A DNA stretch of 63,306 nt, the filler included. It is 5 parts of 5 records of this genome, joined end to end, with 100 filler letters (N's around TTAATTAATTAA, not from the genome) between each part and the next. Parts side by side here need not be neighbours in the genome. Positions count along the whole stretch, not along the records: positions 18,908 to 32,453 come from DRR723986_4706; 4 more parts are not named here. One strand, 5' to 3'. The notes below the pieces were generated by a model. It ran no database searches and was not told the DNA's origin. It saw nothing but the letters and a program-made list of their open reading frames with translations. Positions 20,460 to 29,981 of the stretch are shown here, piece by piece; the first letter of the stretch is position 1, and each line of letters begins with the position of its first letter. Made by a program: the position numbers and the translations under genes.

Positions 20460-21380
20460 ATGTCCGAAGGCCCGTTTCTTGATTTGCGCCACCTCAAGAT
20501 GATCCGTGCCATCGCGGAACACGGGCGTGTCAGCGATGCGGCTGAGGCATTGGGTGTCACGTCTTCCGCCTTGTCCCATCGCATCAAAGAGGCTGAGCGG
20601 CGTCTTGATCTGGTGCTGTTCACCCGCATGCACAAACGGCTGCGCATGACCCCGGCGGCGGAATATCTTGCCGAAATGGCCGACAGAGTGCTGAGCGAAA
20701 TGGACCGCGCAGAACGCGATGTGCGGCGGATGGACCGCGGCGTGGAACACGTCGTGCGCATCGCTGTTGAGGCCTACAGTTCGTATCACTGGCTGCCGGG
20801 ATTCACCAAATATCTGCAAATCCATCTGCCCGGTATTGAGCTTCAGGTTATGGCAAGTGTCACCCGTGAACCAGTTCGCGCACTGACCAACCGGCACGCT
20901 GATATTGTGGTGACTTCTGGGGATCTGACGCCGATTGGCACGCACCGGATACCATTGTTTCGGGATGAGCTGATGTTCATCTTCCCGCCTTATCACCCGC
21001 TCGCAGGAAAGCCCTATGTCGAGGGGGGCGATATTGAAGGTGAGGACTTTATCACCTACACGCTGACGCCTGAACCTGACCGTGAATTTGCCCGCCTGTT
21101 TCGCCCCTCGGGCATGTATCCGCGCTGGACGGCGATGGTTGAGATGCCAGAAGCCATCGTTGAACTGGTTGCCGCTGGTCAGGGCAGCAGTGTGCTCGCA
21201 GGTTGGGCTGTTCGCCCGGCAATTAAGGCAGGTCGCATCGTTGGCGCACGCGTGGGCAAAGACGGAATTGAGGTGCCTTGGGGTGTGCTCATGCGTTCAG
21301 AGGATCAGGGCACGGGACCCATTCTGCAGGTTGCCGAGGCTCTGGCCCAATGGTCAGCGGACAATGGTGGATTTGGCTAG
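20460..21380 (+). CDS. LysR-family regulator (MetR-like)
   Basis: LDLRHLKMIRAI...SALSHRIKEAE HTH; RIAVEAYSSYHWLP resembles MetR RIAIECHSC. Confidence 0.9.
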   Translation: MSEGPFLDLRHLKMIRAIAEHGRVSDAAEALGVTSSALSHRIKEAERRLDLVLFTRMHKRLRMTPAAEYLAEMADRVLSEMDRAERDVRRMDRGVEHVVRIAVEAYSSYHWLPGFTKYLQIHLPGIELQVMASVTREPVRALTNRHADIVVTSGDLTPIGTHRIPLFRDELMFIFPPYHPLAGKPYVEGGDIEGEDFITYTLTPEPDREFARLFRPSGMYPRWTAMVEMPEAIVELVAAGQGSSVLAGWAVRPAIKAGRIVGARVGKDGIEVPWGVLMRSEDQGTGPILQVAEALAQWSADNGGFG

Positions 21381-23794
21381 GATCGCAATCTGTCGTTGTC
21401 AGGGTCATAGGCATGGTGCGCATGGCGCACTGCGGCGCGCATCTCTCCAAAGGCCTGAACGTGGCAATTGTCCCCCATCTCCAGCGTGTTGCGTTCCACA
21501 TATCCAAGAGCGAGCAGTTTCCCAGTGCGATAGCCCATTGAGATGGACGTTACATATCCGATAACCCGCCCCTCAAGGAGGATCGGGTCGGAGGGCAGCG
21601 GTTCCGGTCCCGGATCTCTGATTTCCAGCCCGACAAAGGCCCAGTTCGCTTCCTCCTTGGCTTGTTGCTCCAGCGCTATACGGCCAATGAAGTCCTTTTT
21701 GGACATATTCGCAAATTTGGACAGCCCGGCATCGAATAGCGTGTATTCGGTCCCAAAGTCCGCACCCCAGCCATGATAGCTCTTTTCAATCCGCATCGCG
21801 TTTAGTGCGTAAGAGCCGAAGTTGCAGATGCCATGTTCCGCGCCCGCTTTCCAAACTGCACGATAGAGCGTTTCCAGATCGGCGGAGGCCACATGCAATT
21901 CCCAACCCAATTCGCCAACATAGCTCACCCGCATTGCCGTGACAGGGACGCCCGCAAGGTCGATTTCGGCAACGCTCATCCAAGGCGCGCTGGCCGCACC
22001 GAGGTCAGCAGACGTCAGCGATTGCAACAGGTCACGGGATTTGGGGCCCATCACCAGTAACGCGCCGTCATGGGCGTAGCCCTTGGCCAAGGTCGCGTTG
22101 GCCCCTTCAAGCGCGGCTGATATCCAGTCAAAGTCACGATCAATGGCCATCGTCGGCCCGCAGAGCAGAAACTTGTCATCGGCCAGACGGGCAATGGTTG
22201 CTTCGGACCAGATATAACCCCGAGGAGTCAGCATATAGGAAAGGCGGACGCGCCCGACCGGCGGAAGCGTGCCGCAGATCAGATTGCTGAGCACCATACC
22301 AGCATCCGGCCCTTCAAGCGTAAACTTGGTAAACCCGCCGTGATCCATCACACCGACATGGTCGCGCACGGTTTCACATTCTGTCCGCACCGCGTCTTGC
22401 CACGGTTCATATCCGAAGCTTAGTGCATCCACATCGCTTGCCGGGCCAGGATTGAACCAGAACGCCCGCTCCCACCCGCCAATCTGGCCCATAACAGCGC
22501 CTTGCTGCGATAAATTCGCGTAGAGCGGGGTTTGGTTTACAGGCCGGCCAGAGGTCATGAGCCGGTGCGGATAGGCGATGGCGTATTGAAGGTCATAATG
22601 CTCAGACGCCCGCGCGGCGGCGTAGTCTTGCGTGGCCCACGCTCCAAAGCGGCGCGGATCCCACGCAGAAAGGTCCCATTCGGTTTCGCCAACCGTCAGC
22701 CACTCAGCCATGGCTTTGCCGATGGCAGCGGAATGAGTGATCCCGATCTGAACCCCAGTGGCATGATAGAAGTTCCGCACGCCACCCGCTGGCCCAACCA
22801 AGGGCAAGGCATCGGGAGCGTAGGGGATCGGGCCATTGACGAAGCGTTGCGCACCAGCCTCGGCAAGAAGCGGCACATGGGAGGCTGCGGCTTCGAATAC
22901 GGCCATCATCCCGTCGATGTCGTCTGCAAACAACTGGTGGTCAAAGTCCTGCGGGACGCCGTCTTGCCAGACCGGGCGGCCTTCATGTGCGTATGAACCG
23001 AGCAGAAGTGCGTTACGCTCTCGGCGCAGATAAAACCGAATGTCGGGGTCACGGATCAGGGGGAAGATGGAGGTGTCTTCCTCTAGCGCGGCCAGCGGAG
23101 CGGTCACCATGTATTGATGCTCCAGCGTGACAACAGGAACAAGAAGCCCTGCCAGCGCAGCTATTCTGGCCCCGTTTGATCCTGCCGCATTGATGACGGT
23201 GCCCGCGACAAGTGTGCCATTGGGAGTCTCGACGTCCCATTCGCCGGAAGAGCGTTGGCGCAATCCCGTCACGGGGGTGAACCGTCTGACCTCTGCCCCC
23301 ATCGCTCGGGCATGCTTTGCGAGGGCTTGGGTCAATTGGCTGGGGTCGATGTCGCCCTCATAGGGATCAAGGATACCGCCGAGAACCGTGTCGTCCGCTT
23401 TCCAATAGGGATGCATCTGCTCAATCTCGGGCGTTGCAAGCATCGCAAGGTCAAAACCAGCCGATCGAGACACCCCGCAGAGGTGCTGAAACAACTGCAT
23501 CCGTTCAGGCGTGTGGGCAGGCCAGATGGCCGAGGTGTGGCGATATGTGATCGGCGCGTCAGGGTCTTTTGCCAACTCTTTGTAGAGTTGCCAGGCGTAG
23601 TTGCCCGCCCGCATTCCGAGCCACGAATTGGCATAGGTCGGGATGTTGCCGGCCGCATGCCACGTGGATCCTGCGGTCAGCTCGTTCTTTTCCAACAGAA
23701 CGGTATTGGTGATACCCGCTTTGGCGAGATGATACAGGATCGACGCGCCAACTGCGCCTCCACCAATGACAACAACCTGCGCGTGGGTCGTCAT
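21377..23794 (-). CDS. Dimethylglycine/sarcosine-dehydrogenase-like FAD oxidoreductase with GcvT folate-binding domain
   Basis: GGGAVG, LTAGSTWHAAG (flavinylation His), NGPIPYAPD, GWER and RVSYVGELGWELH motifs. Confidence 0.92.
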   Translation of the reverse strand: MTTHAQVVVIGGGAVGASILYHLAKAGITNTVLLEKNELTAGSTWHAAGNIPTYANSWLGMRAGNYAWQLYKELAKDPDAPITYRHTSAIWPAHTPERMQLFQHLCGVSRSAGFDLAMLATPEIEQMHPYWKADDTVLGGILDPYEGDIDPSQLTQALAKHARAMGAEVRRFTPVTGLRQRSSGEWDVETPNGTLVAGTVINAAGSNGARIAALAGLLVPVVTLEHQYMVTAPLAALEEDTSIFPLIRDPDIRFYLRRERNALLLGSYAHEGRPVWQDGVPQDFDHQLFADDIDGMMAVFEAAASHVPLLAEAGAQRFVNGPIPYAPDALPLVGPAGGVRNFYHATGVQIGITHSAAIGKAMAEWLTVGETEWDLSAWDPRRFGAWATQDYAAARASEHYDLQYAIAYPHRLMTSGRPVNQTPLYANLSQQGAVMGQIGGWERAFWFNPGPASDVDALSFGYEPWQDAVRTECETVRDHVGVMDHGGFTKFTLEGPDAGMVLSNLICGTLPPVGRVRLSYMLTPRGYIWSEATIARLADDKFLLCGPTMAIDRDFDWISAALEGANATLAKGYAHDGALLVMGPKSRDLLQSLTSADLGAASAPWMSVAEIDLAGVPVTAMRVSYVGELGWELHVASADLETLYRAVWKAGAEHGICNFGSYALNAMRIEKSYHGWGADFGTEYTLFDAGLSKFANMSKKDFIGRIALEQQAKEEANWAFVGLEIRDPGPEPLPSDPILLEGRVIGYVTSISMGYRTGKLLALGYVERNTLEMGDNCHVQAFGEMRAAVRHAHHAYDPDNDRLRS

Positions 23795-24499
23795 TCAATA
23801 TGCCTCCAACAATGTGCCAAAGCCTTTGATCGGGTCCTTGATCCCAGCGGCGCGCAACGCCTGCCAATAGACGGCGGCATTGCAGGCTACGATGGGTTTG
23901 TGGTGCGCTGCCTCCAACTCGGCGATCAGGGCCACCACGGGCAAGGCGGTGCCGACTTGCAAGATGACGTCACAGTCGGAGGCGGCAATCTCGGCAAAGA
24001 CCGCGCGAATATCATCCAGGGGAGTTTCGCAAATCGCTGGCAGGGAGGGGGCATTGGTGCCTTTGATAGCGACCACCTCGAACCCTGCGTTTTCAGTGTT
24101 GGCTTGCACCACCGCGTCGACTTCTGCGCTGAAGGGCGTGACAATGCCAACGCGCTTGGCCTTCAAGACGCGCAAGCCCTCGTAGTCCGCCTGAGAGGCC
24201 CCAAGAACGGGCACCCCGATCTTCTGTGAAATCTCGGCACAGCGCGCGGCCAGCTTGTCCGGCCCACCGGGGCCTGCATCTGTGGTCAGGCCAACAGCAA
24301 TCACCAACGGCGCGCAGTCCATCAATTTGGCCGCTTCATCGGGCAGATCATCCGAGATCGCATCACCACCCAAGCGAAAGCGCTGCATCTGGTTTGTCAC
24401 GCCATTCGGGCGCAGCAGTTCCAGTTCGGGCTGCACGACGGTGTTCATCGCGGGCGTCATCACACCAATCACGGCACGGGGGGCGAGGGTGTCAGCCAT
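23795..24499 (-). CDS. Asp/Glu racemase / maleate isomerase / arylmalonate decarboxylase superfamily protein
   Basis: IGVMTPAMNTVVQPE, RVGIVTPF, KPIVACNAAVYWQALR and GFGTLL motifs. Confidence 0.85.
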   Translation of the reverse strand: MADTLAPRAVIGVMTPAMNTVVQPELELLRPNGVTNQMQRFRLGGDAISDDLPDEAAKLMDCAPLVIAVGLTTDAGPGGPDKLAARCAEISQKIGVPVLGASQADYEGLRVLKAKRVGIVTPFSAEVDAVVQANTENAGFEVVAIKGTNAPSLPAICETPLDDIRAVFAEIAASDCDVILQVGTALPVVALIAELEAAHHKPIVACNAAVYWQALRAAGIKDPIKGFGTLLEAY

Positions 24500-24950
24500 C
24501 CTTTTTCTCCTTCAGAAATGCGTTCAATCCGGCCATGCCGCCAATGTAGATTGCATCCCCAACAGTCTTTTCCATCTCCTTGGAAACGTCTGGGGCGCAG
24601 TCGAATTGACTCTCCCAAATGCCCAGGGTCTGACCGGAGTGCGTGATGGGAATGAAGCGATGGGTCGAGACATATCCAGTGACAGGCAACGCGCTGTCGA
24701 GGATATCATAGGTGTAGAAGTGCTCCGCATCGGAATGCGCCAACAAGGTTTCCCGAAACACCGAACCGTCCGCTATATCGAGCTTGCGGATCGTGCCAGT
24801 TGCGGTTGGAGACCCGTTTTCCAGTTTGGCCATCACAACGCCAGGGTTCCAATGCACCACCCCGTCAAAGGCACGCACGGCGGACCAGACCTTGGTGATG
24901 TCGGCGTCAATGATCATGCTTCGGTAAACGTGCATAGCAGCTCCTGTCAT
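24492..24950 (-). CDS. SRPBCC (polyketide cyclase/START-like) protein
   Basis: VWSAVRAFDGVVHWNP, GTIRKL, RETLLAHSD and YTYDI motifs. Confidence 0.88.
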   Translation of the reverse strand: MTGAAMHVYRSMIIDADITKVWSAVRAFDGVVHWNPGVVMAKLENGSPTATGTIRKLDIADGSVFRETLLAHSDAEHFYTYDILDSALPVTGYVSTHRFIPITHSGQTLGIWESQFDCAPDVSKEMEKTVGDAIYIGGMAGLNAFLKEKKDG

Positions 24951-26452
24951 GTCTTCAGACGGATGGGATAACGCCCGCGAATGCGCGCTTCTGCATCAAC
25001 ATTTAGATGCATGGGCGGCGACGCAGCGAGGATGTCTGCAACGCGACTGCGCGCCTGATCCCAGATTGACAGGCGGCCCGCGTCAATCCAGTCATTGACA
25101 CTCTGACGGTTGGCAAGCGCCGGGTAGTGGTAGTCAGATTTCATGCGCCTCAAGGTCTCGGCCTCGCCAAGATAATGACCGTCACGGGTGACCACACGTT
25201 CCACGGCGCCAAGATCAAGCGTAGCTGCGCTGACCTCAATTCCCCGGATCGAACGCAGGATCGCCCCGCACATGTCATCATCGATGACCATCGCCTCGGC
25301 GCTTGCCACCATGATGGATCCGAGCATCCCAACGGAAAGGTTGATCATATCCGCGCCGCCATGCCCGGCCAGCGCGACAGTATAGCCTTTCTCATACCCA
25401 GCCTGCGCATCAACCAGTTTGGAATCAGTCATGCCTGCCGACACAGTCGAGGGCAGCCCGATATGCGCCAAGATCTGCGCGGCGGCGGCGTTTGCAATCG
25501 CGGCTTCCCCACTGCCACCACTCATCGCGCCGGTGCGCAAGTCAGAGATGAAGGGCATCAGCGCGTAGATGCAGGACGCAGATCTTTGAATGCCATCAAC
25601 CACCATAAGTCCCGCAAGGCATTCCGCCAGCCCCTGCGCCAACGCGCCTGCCAAGGTGACAGGGCTGGTGGCACCTGCTTGTCCTGCCGAGCATATCTGC
25701 GGGATCATGCCTTCACGCACAGCTTTCTCCAGCATCAATATGCCCTCCGCCGCATAGGTGAGAGGCGGGACCACATGGACAATGACGGCCATGCAGAACG
25801 GTCTTTCGCGAAAAGCACCAGAATGACCAAGTGCGATGTCAAACATCTCGACAATCGGATCGATATGGTCCGCGTCGCAAAAGCTGATGCCGATGGGTTT
25901 GCTGGTCGCCTTGAGGCAAGCAAAGGCAGTGTTGATGTCCAGTTCAAACGGATCTGTCAGATCCCTGGCAACAACGGGTCGAACGCCATAGTGAATATTT
26001 GAAGACGCATCCAAAACGCGCATCAGGTCGTAAAGATCGCTCAGCTTACTGTCCCGGTAGGCCCCGGTTGCCGCATCAAGCATTTGAACGGCAGCGCCGC
26101 CTGTCCCGATATGCACGCGACGACCACCGATCTGCAAATCCCTGTCAGCCGTGAAGCCCGGCAAAGTGACGTGGCGTGGTGCGCGCTCCAATGCGCTCTG
26201 GATCATGTCTTTTGGAAAACACAGCCGCCCGTCTGCACGGTGCCAGGCACCCGCTTTCAGCGCACGTTCAGTTGCCATCGTCGGCAACCCCGCCATCCCC
26301 ACTGCCGAGAGGATATCAAACGCATGGGACACAATGGCTGTGACTTCAGACAGTGACAGCGGCCGCAAGTCCCCTCCGACGGGGACAACAGGTGGCGGAT
26401 TCAGGCCACTACCGTCTTCGGCCTCCCGTTGCTTTCGTATCCGTCTTGCCAT
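24947..26452 (-). CDS. Trimethylamine methyltransferase (MttB) family protein, non-pyrrolysine
   Basis: GTGGAAV, SAGQAGATSPVTLAGALAQ, PFISDLRTGAMSGGSGE and GMTDSKLVDAQAGYEK motifs; no in-frame amber codon. Confidence 0.92.
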   Translation of the reverse strand: MARRIRKQREAEDGSGLNPPPVVPVGGDLRPLSLSEVTAIVSHAFDILSAVGMAGLPTMATERALKAGAWHRADGRLCFPKDMIQSALERAPRHVTLPGFTADRDLQIGGRRVHIGTGGAAVQMLDAATGAYRDSKLSDLYDLMRVLDASSNIHYGVRPVVARDLTDPFELDINTAFACLKATSKPIGISFCDADHIDPIVEMFDIALGHSGAFRERPFCMAVIVHVVPPLTYAAEGILMLEKAVREGMIPQICSAGQAGATSPVTLAGALAQGLAECLAGLMVVDGIQRSASCIYALMPFISDLRTGAMSGGSGEAAIANAAAAQILAHIGLPSTVSAGMTDSKLVDAQAGYEKGYTVALAGHGGADMINLSVGMLGSIMVASAEAMVIDDDMCGAILRSIRGIEVSAATLDLGAVERVVTRDGHYLGEAETLRRMKSDYHYPALANRQSVNDWIDAGRLSIWDQARSRVADILAASPPMHLNVDAEARIRGRYPIRLKT

Positions 26453-26523
26453 TTTTGCACCTCTGGGGAGGTATTAGAACGCAAATCCATCATGTTGAGT
26501 ATTCAATAAAGCGGCAGGTATTG

Positions 26524-26537
26524 TGAGAAAAATTCAC
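26524..26537. promoter_or_regulatory. LysR/MetR-type box, copy 2 (upstream of mttB-like gene)
   Basis: TGAGAAAAATTCAC; both copies are flanked by TCAATAAAG and CAGGTA. Confidence 0.7.
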
Positions 26538-26565
26538 GCATAAGCATGTCAGAAGTCGGCCGAAC

Positions 26566-26850
26566 TGAGCTACTCCACCCCGAAATTCGGGCACTGGCGT
26601 AAGCTACAGTTTGCAATCTGCTGAACTTCGACGAGCAGGAGATCAGAGATGTCGAAACGCAGGCAGCACGCGCCCGAGATCAAGGCGAAGATCGTGCTGG
26701 CCACCCTGAAGGGCGAGGAAGCGACGGCTGAGGTGGTTCGGGGTACATCTGTTACCGGCAACGCATGCAAAGCATGTGTGACAGGCGACGATGATCCATC
26801 AATGGAAGCAGTTGTTGCTCGAAACCGCCTCCGGTGTGATCGATCCTTGT
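26566..26850 (+). mobile_element. IS3-family remnant (left end plus broken orfA)
   Basis: TGAGCTACTCCACCCCGAAATTCGGGCAC resembles an IS3 IRL; MSKRRQHAPEIKAKIVLATLKGEE, then MIHQWKQLLLETASGV in another frame; no orfB. Confidence 0.8.
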
Positions 26851-27014
26851 CCGGCCCCGCCGCATGCGCGGTGTGAAAACCGTTCAGTAGCGCTTGCTGC
26901 CAATATCTCGCGCCTGAAACGTCCTACCGGGTCAGCGCGGTGTCATCGGTCACGAGGGCTGCGACAAGGGCAAACAGGACGGCATTCCGCCCAGAAGCCT
27001 TTTCAGAACCGATA

Positions 27015-28064
27015 TCATGCGCGGCCTCCATGTGTTTCAATGATCTTCAGAACCTTCAGCAGGAAGTTGAATGGCCGTTTCGGTGCATCGGTCTGGTTGA
27101 AGGTGCCGGTCAGGAAGATGTCGTGATCCACCGCGTGGAAGGCAAATGAGCCGCTAGCGCCCGAATGCCCGATCAGTTCCGGCGAAGGTTGCCAGAGCGT
27201 CATCCAGCCGGGCAATCCGAACCGCATCAATCCGCCACCGTAGTGCAGCGGGAAGTTCAGCCGCTGCCATTGCCGGAGCGATGGCAAGTTCTCGGGGCGG
27301 AAGAGACGCCCCTGCATGAAAGCGCGCAGGAAGGTCATAAGATCACTCGTGTCGGACAGGATGCCGCCATCCGGCCCCATGCTGGACAGGATGCGCGAAA
27401 TGTGGAGTCTTCGGGTCTTGTGGTAGACGGGAAGGGTCCGCCCGTCGCCGTCACGGTTCGCATCAAAGAGCGCTGTCCGGGTCAGGCCCAATGGTGCGCA
27501 GATCCGCGCCTGTATAGCGTCACCATAGGGCATGTCCGTGACCGCTTCGATGATCGCGCCTAGAAGCTGGTAGTTGGTGTCCGAATAGGACGCCCGACCG
27601 CTGTCCGGAGCAGCTTGCGGGGCTCTGGTCCGAGTCCAGTCGAGCACTTGGCGCAGGTCGTAGGCATGATCCCTGCTGCGGATCACATCCCCAGCCACGC
27701 CGCCCTCGTAATAGTCGGCGAGGCCCGAGGTCTGGTACATGAGCTGGCGGATTGTCAGACGGGGGCCATGGTCGACGCCTCGCACCACATGCAGGCCCGA
27801 CAGGTCGATCCTGGGCAGGACGCCCTGAACCGTCTGATCGCTTCCCAGCCGCCCTTCGTCAAACAATTGCTGGATGATCGCAGCGGTAAACATCTTGGAA
27901 ATGCTGGCGATCGGAAACCTGCTGGCCGGGGTCGCTTCGCCTGCGCTGCCGCTGAAGTTGATCCGGCCATCCCCGGACTGGACACGCAGGAGTGCAGCCT
28001 GGGCCTTGCCTCTCGATTGCGCCATCTCGAGGTGCGACTGCAGGGCATCGTCGAGGCCGGTCAT
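27015..28064 (-). CDS. Serine hydrolase, beta-lactamase/PBP-like family
   Basis: SxxK in FPIASISKMF, YSDTNY, GHSG; start MTGLDD overlaps the upstream stop. Confidence 0.9.
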   Translation of the reverse strand: MTGLDDALQSHLEMAQSRGKAQAALLRVQSGDGRINFSGSAGEATPASRFPIASISKMFTAAIIQQLFDEGRLGSDQTVQGVLPRIDLSGLHVVRGVDHGPRLTIRQLMYQTSGLADYYEGGVAGDVIRSRDHAYDLRQVLDWTRTRAPQAAPDSGRASYSDTNYQLLGAIIEAVTDMPYGDAIQARICAPLGLTRTALFDANRDGDGRTLPVYHKTRRLHISRILSSMGPDGGILSDTSDLMTFLRAFMQGRLFRPENLPSLRQWQRLNFPLHYGGGLMRFGLPGWMTLWQPSPELIGHSGASGSFAFHAVDHDIFLTGTFNQTDAPKRPFNFLLKVLKIIETHGGRA

Positions 28065-28735
28065 GTCGCTGCTGCCTTCGCGTCGTTCCCGGTCATGAGC
28101 AGCGCCACGCCGACGCCTAGAAACCACCCGATGGCTCCAAGCCCGAAGACTGCTCCGGCGGCATCGCCGAGGGCCGGGACCAACGTGACCAGACCGCCAA
28201 GCCCTGTGAAAAGGCCGATCCAGGCGATCGGGCGTGGAAGCCTGCGCCCAATCAGCCCGGCCAGGCTGACGCATGAAATCCAGACGCCGCCCGCGATCTC
28301 GTTCCCGCCGCCGAGACCGAGTTCAACCGCGTGAAGCATGGCCCAGAGATTCGCTGCGGCTCCGGGGTCTTGCGGGTAGAGATGCACGGCGCGCTCGACG
28401 GCGACATTGGCGATCATGCCGGCACCGAGAACGAGCGCCGCCCAGATCAGGCCGAAGGCGCGCGTCACCGCTGCCCAGCCCGGCAGTTGCGCCAGGCGTT
28501 CCGCCAATGCGACCGCGAGAACGGTGAGCGCCAGTGCGTTCACGATGTAAATCGTCGTGTTCCAGGCGATCAACACGCCCGGTCGCGCGTCGATGAATGC
28601 GCCGACGGCGTCTGGGTCGATCTCGCCAGTTCCAAATCCCAAAGGGGCCAGTAGTGTGACCAGCAACGCAAAGCCGATCAGGTAGGTGGCCGCACAAGTC
28701 AGAGCGGCAAGGCCGCCGATACGGGTGAGGGTCAT
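28061..28735 (-). CDS. DUF4386-like membrane protein
   Basis: About six hydrophobic helices; GLGGGNEIAGGVW motif; start MTLTRIGG. Confidence 0.78.
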   Translation of the reverse strand: MTLTRIGGLAALTCAATYLIGFALLVTLLAPLGFGTGEIDPDAVGAFIDARPGVLIAWNTTIYIVNALALTVLAVALAERLAQLPGWAAVTRAFGLIWAALVLGAGMIANVAVERAVHLYPQDPGAAANLWAMLHAVELGLGGGNEIAGGVWISCVSLAGLIGRRLPRPIAWIGLFTGLGGLVTLVPALGDAAGAVFGLGAIGWFLGVGVALLMTGNDAKAAAT

Positions 28736-29619
28736 GCTTGATCTGCCATGGTTTTGGACGGCGATGATGCCGTCGGTTGCGCGCCCAGCCGCTTGAAGTG
28801 ATCTATGAGCTTGCGAGTGCCGAAGGGCGTCCCGACCATGTCCAGTCCAGCCGCTGTCAAAAAGAACAGCGCAGGGCCATGGATGCGGCGCGGGGTCAGG
28901 CGCGGCAGAAGCAGCAGCACGATGCGGCGGAGCCAATCGGGCAGGCGGGTGACCTTCTCTGGTTTGCCGACAGCAGCAAAGGCCGCCCTGGTCAGTTCGG
29001 ATTGGCTGAAAACGTCCGGCCCGCCCACGTCCAGCCAAGCACGCCTCTCGGCAATGGCATCGGCAGTGGCAGCAGCCAGATCGGCCCCGTGGATCGGGTT
29101 GATCTTGTGGGCACCGGACCCAAACAGCCACATGCGACCAAACCGAGCCGCCGACAGGAAATCGGCCATGTCCGAGAAGTAGCCTGAGGGCGCGATTACG
29201 GTCGAGGCGATATCGGCATCCTGCAAGGCGCTTACGAAGGCCGATTTTGCCGCCACCAGTGGCACATGACGCATCTTTCTGGCGTTTAGCACATGGATAT
29301 AGGCAAAGCGCCTAATCCCGGCGCGCTGTGCCTCAATCAGCAGGTTCAGGTTTGCCTGATAATCCACATCCCAATACCCCAGACCATCCGCCTGCCGGGT
29401 GATGCCAAGCGCGGAAACCAAAAGATCGGCACCCTCCATGACGCCTGCCAGCGTGTTCGGCTTGGTGGCTTCCGCCTCGATCAGTGTATCTGCCGCAAGG
29501 TCTTGCGCGGCTGAGGCATCGCGCACCAGCGCCACAACCCGCCAGCCGCGGCGGCGGTACTCGGAACAAAGATGGCGACCGAGATAACCCGTGGCGCCTG
29601 CGATGAAGACGGTTTGCAT
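28732..29619 (-). CDS. Atypical SDR / NAD(P)H-binding oxidoreductase
   Basis: IAGATGYLG, SALGITRQ, VDYQANLNLL and NPIHGADLA motifs. Confidence 0.9.
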   Translation of the reverse strand: MQTVFIAGATGYLGRHLCSEYRRRGWRVVALVRDASAAQDLAADTLIEAEATKPNTLAGVMEGADLLVSALGITRQADGLGYWDVDYQANLNLLIEAQRAGIRRFAYIHVLNARKMRHVPLVAAKSAFVSALQDADIASTVIAPSGYFSDMADFLSAARFGRMWLFGSGAHKINPIHGADLAAATADAIAERRAWLDVGGPDVFSQSELTRAAFAAVGKPEKVTRLPDWLRRIVLLLLPRLTPRRIHGPALFFLTAAGLDMVGTPFGTRKLIDHFKRLGAQPTASSPSKTMADQA

Positions 29620-29752
29620 GAAGTATCCTTTCTGATGGACGGTCTAAAGAAATGCAGTTTTGAAGACGGCAAGTCGCACGCCATGTACGAATTCATGAAC
29701 ATTGGCCTTCATTCCGGGCCGCCTTTCCGAACGAGATTTGCAAAACAGGCTG

Positions 29753-29947
29753 TCAGAGCTTTCGGCCAAGCGCGGTGCGGACAGTCCGCTCTTCTTCCAG
29801 AACCGGAAGGCCAACATCCCGCCTGAGCCGCGTAGATGTCGGCTGCGATGACGAGATTCCGCGTGTGCGCCATGCACCCGCCAGCAGATCTGCAAGAGAA
29901 TAGATACCCGCCAGACGGGCACGGCGACGATAAGAGACTTGTGCCAT
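29753..29947 (-). CDS. Small basic protein (64 aa) with DUF1127-like LRRDVGL motif
   Basis: SD AAGGAAAGGA before MAQVSYRRRAR...; lies inside a co-oriented cluster. Confidence 0.5.
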   Translation of the reverse strand: MAQVSYRRRARLAGIYSLADLLAGAWRTRGISSSQPTSTRLRRDVGLPVLEEERTVRTALGRKL

Positions 29948-29981
29948 GGAGAATTCCTTTCCTTTGGCGATTGAATGGTAG

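Noticed and set aside
24947-26452. Pyrrolysine recoding in the MttB-family gene
   Set aside because: The ORF is continuous with no in-frame TAG and no pyl genes
27015-28064. True beta-lactamase resistance gene
   Set aside because: No signal peptide, YSD instead of YxN, HSG instead of KTG; more likely an esterase or amidase
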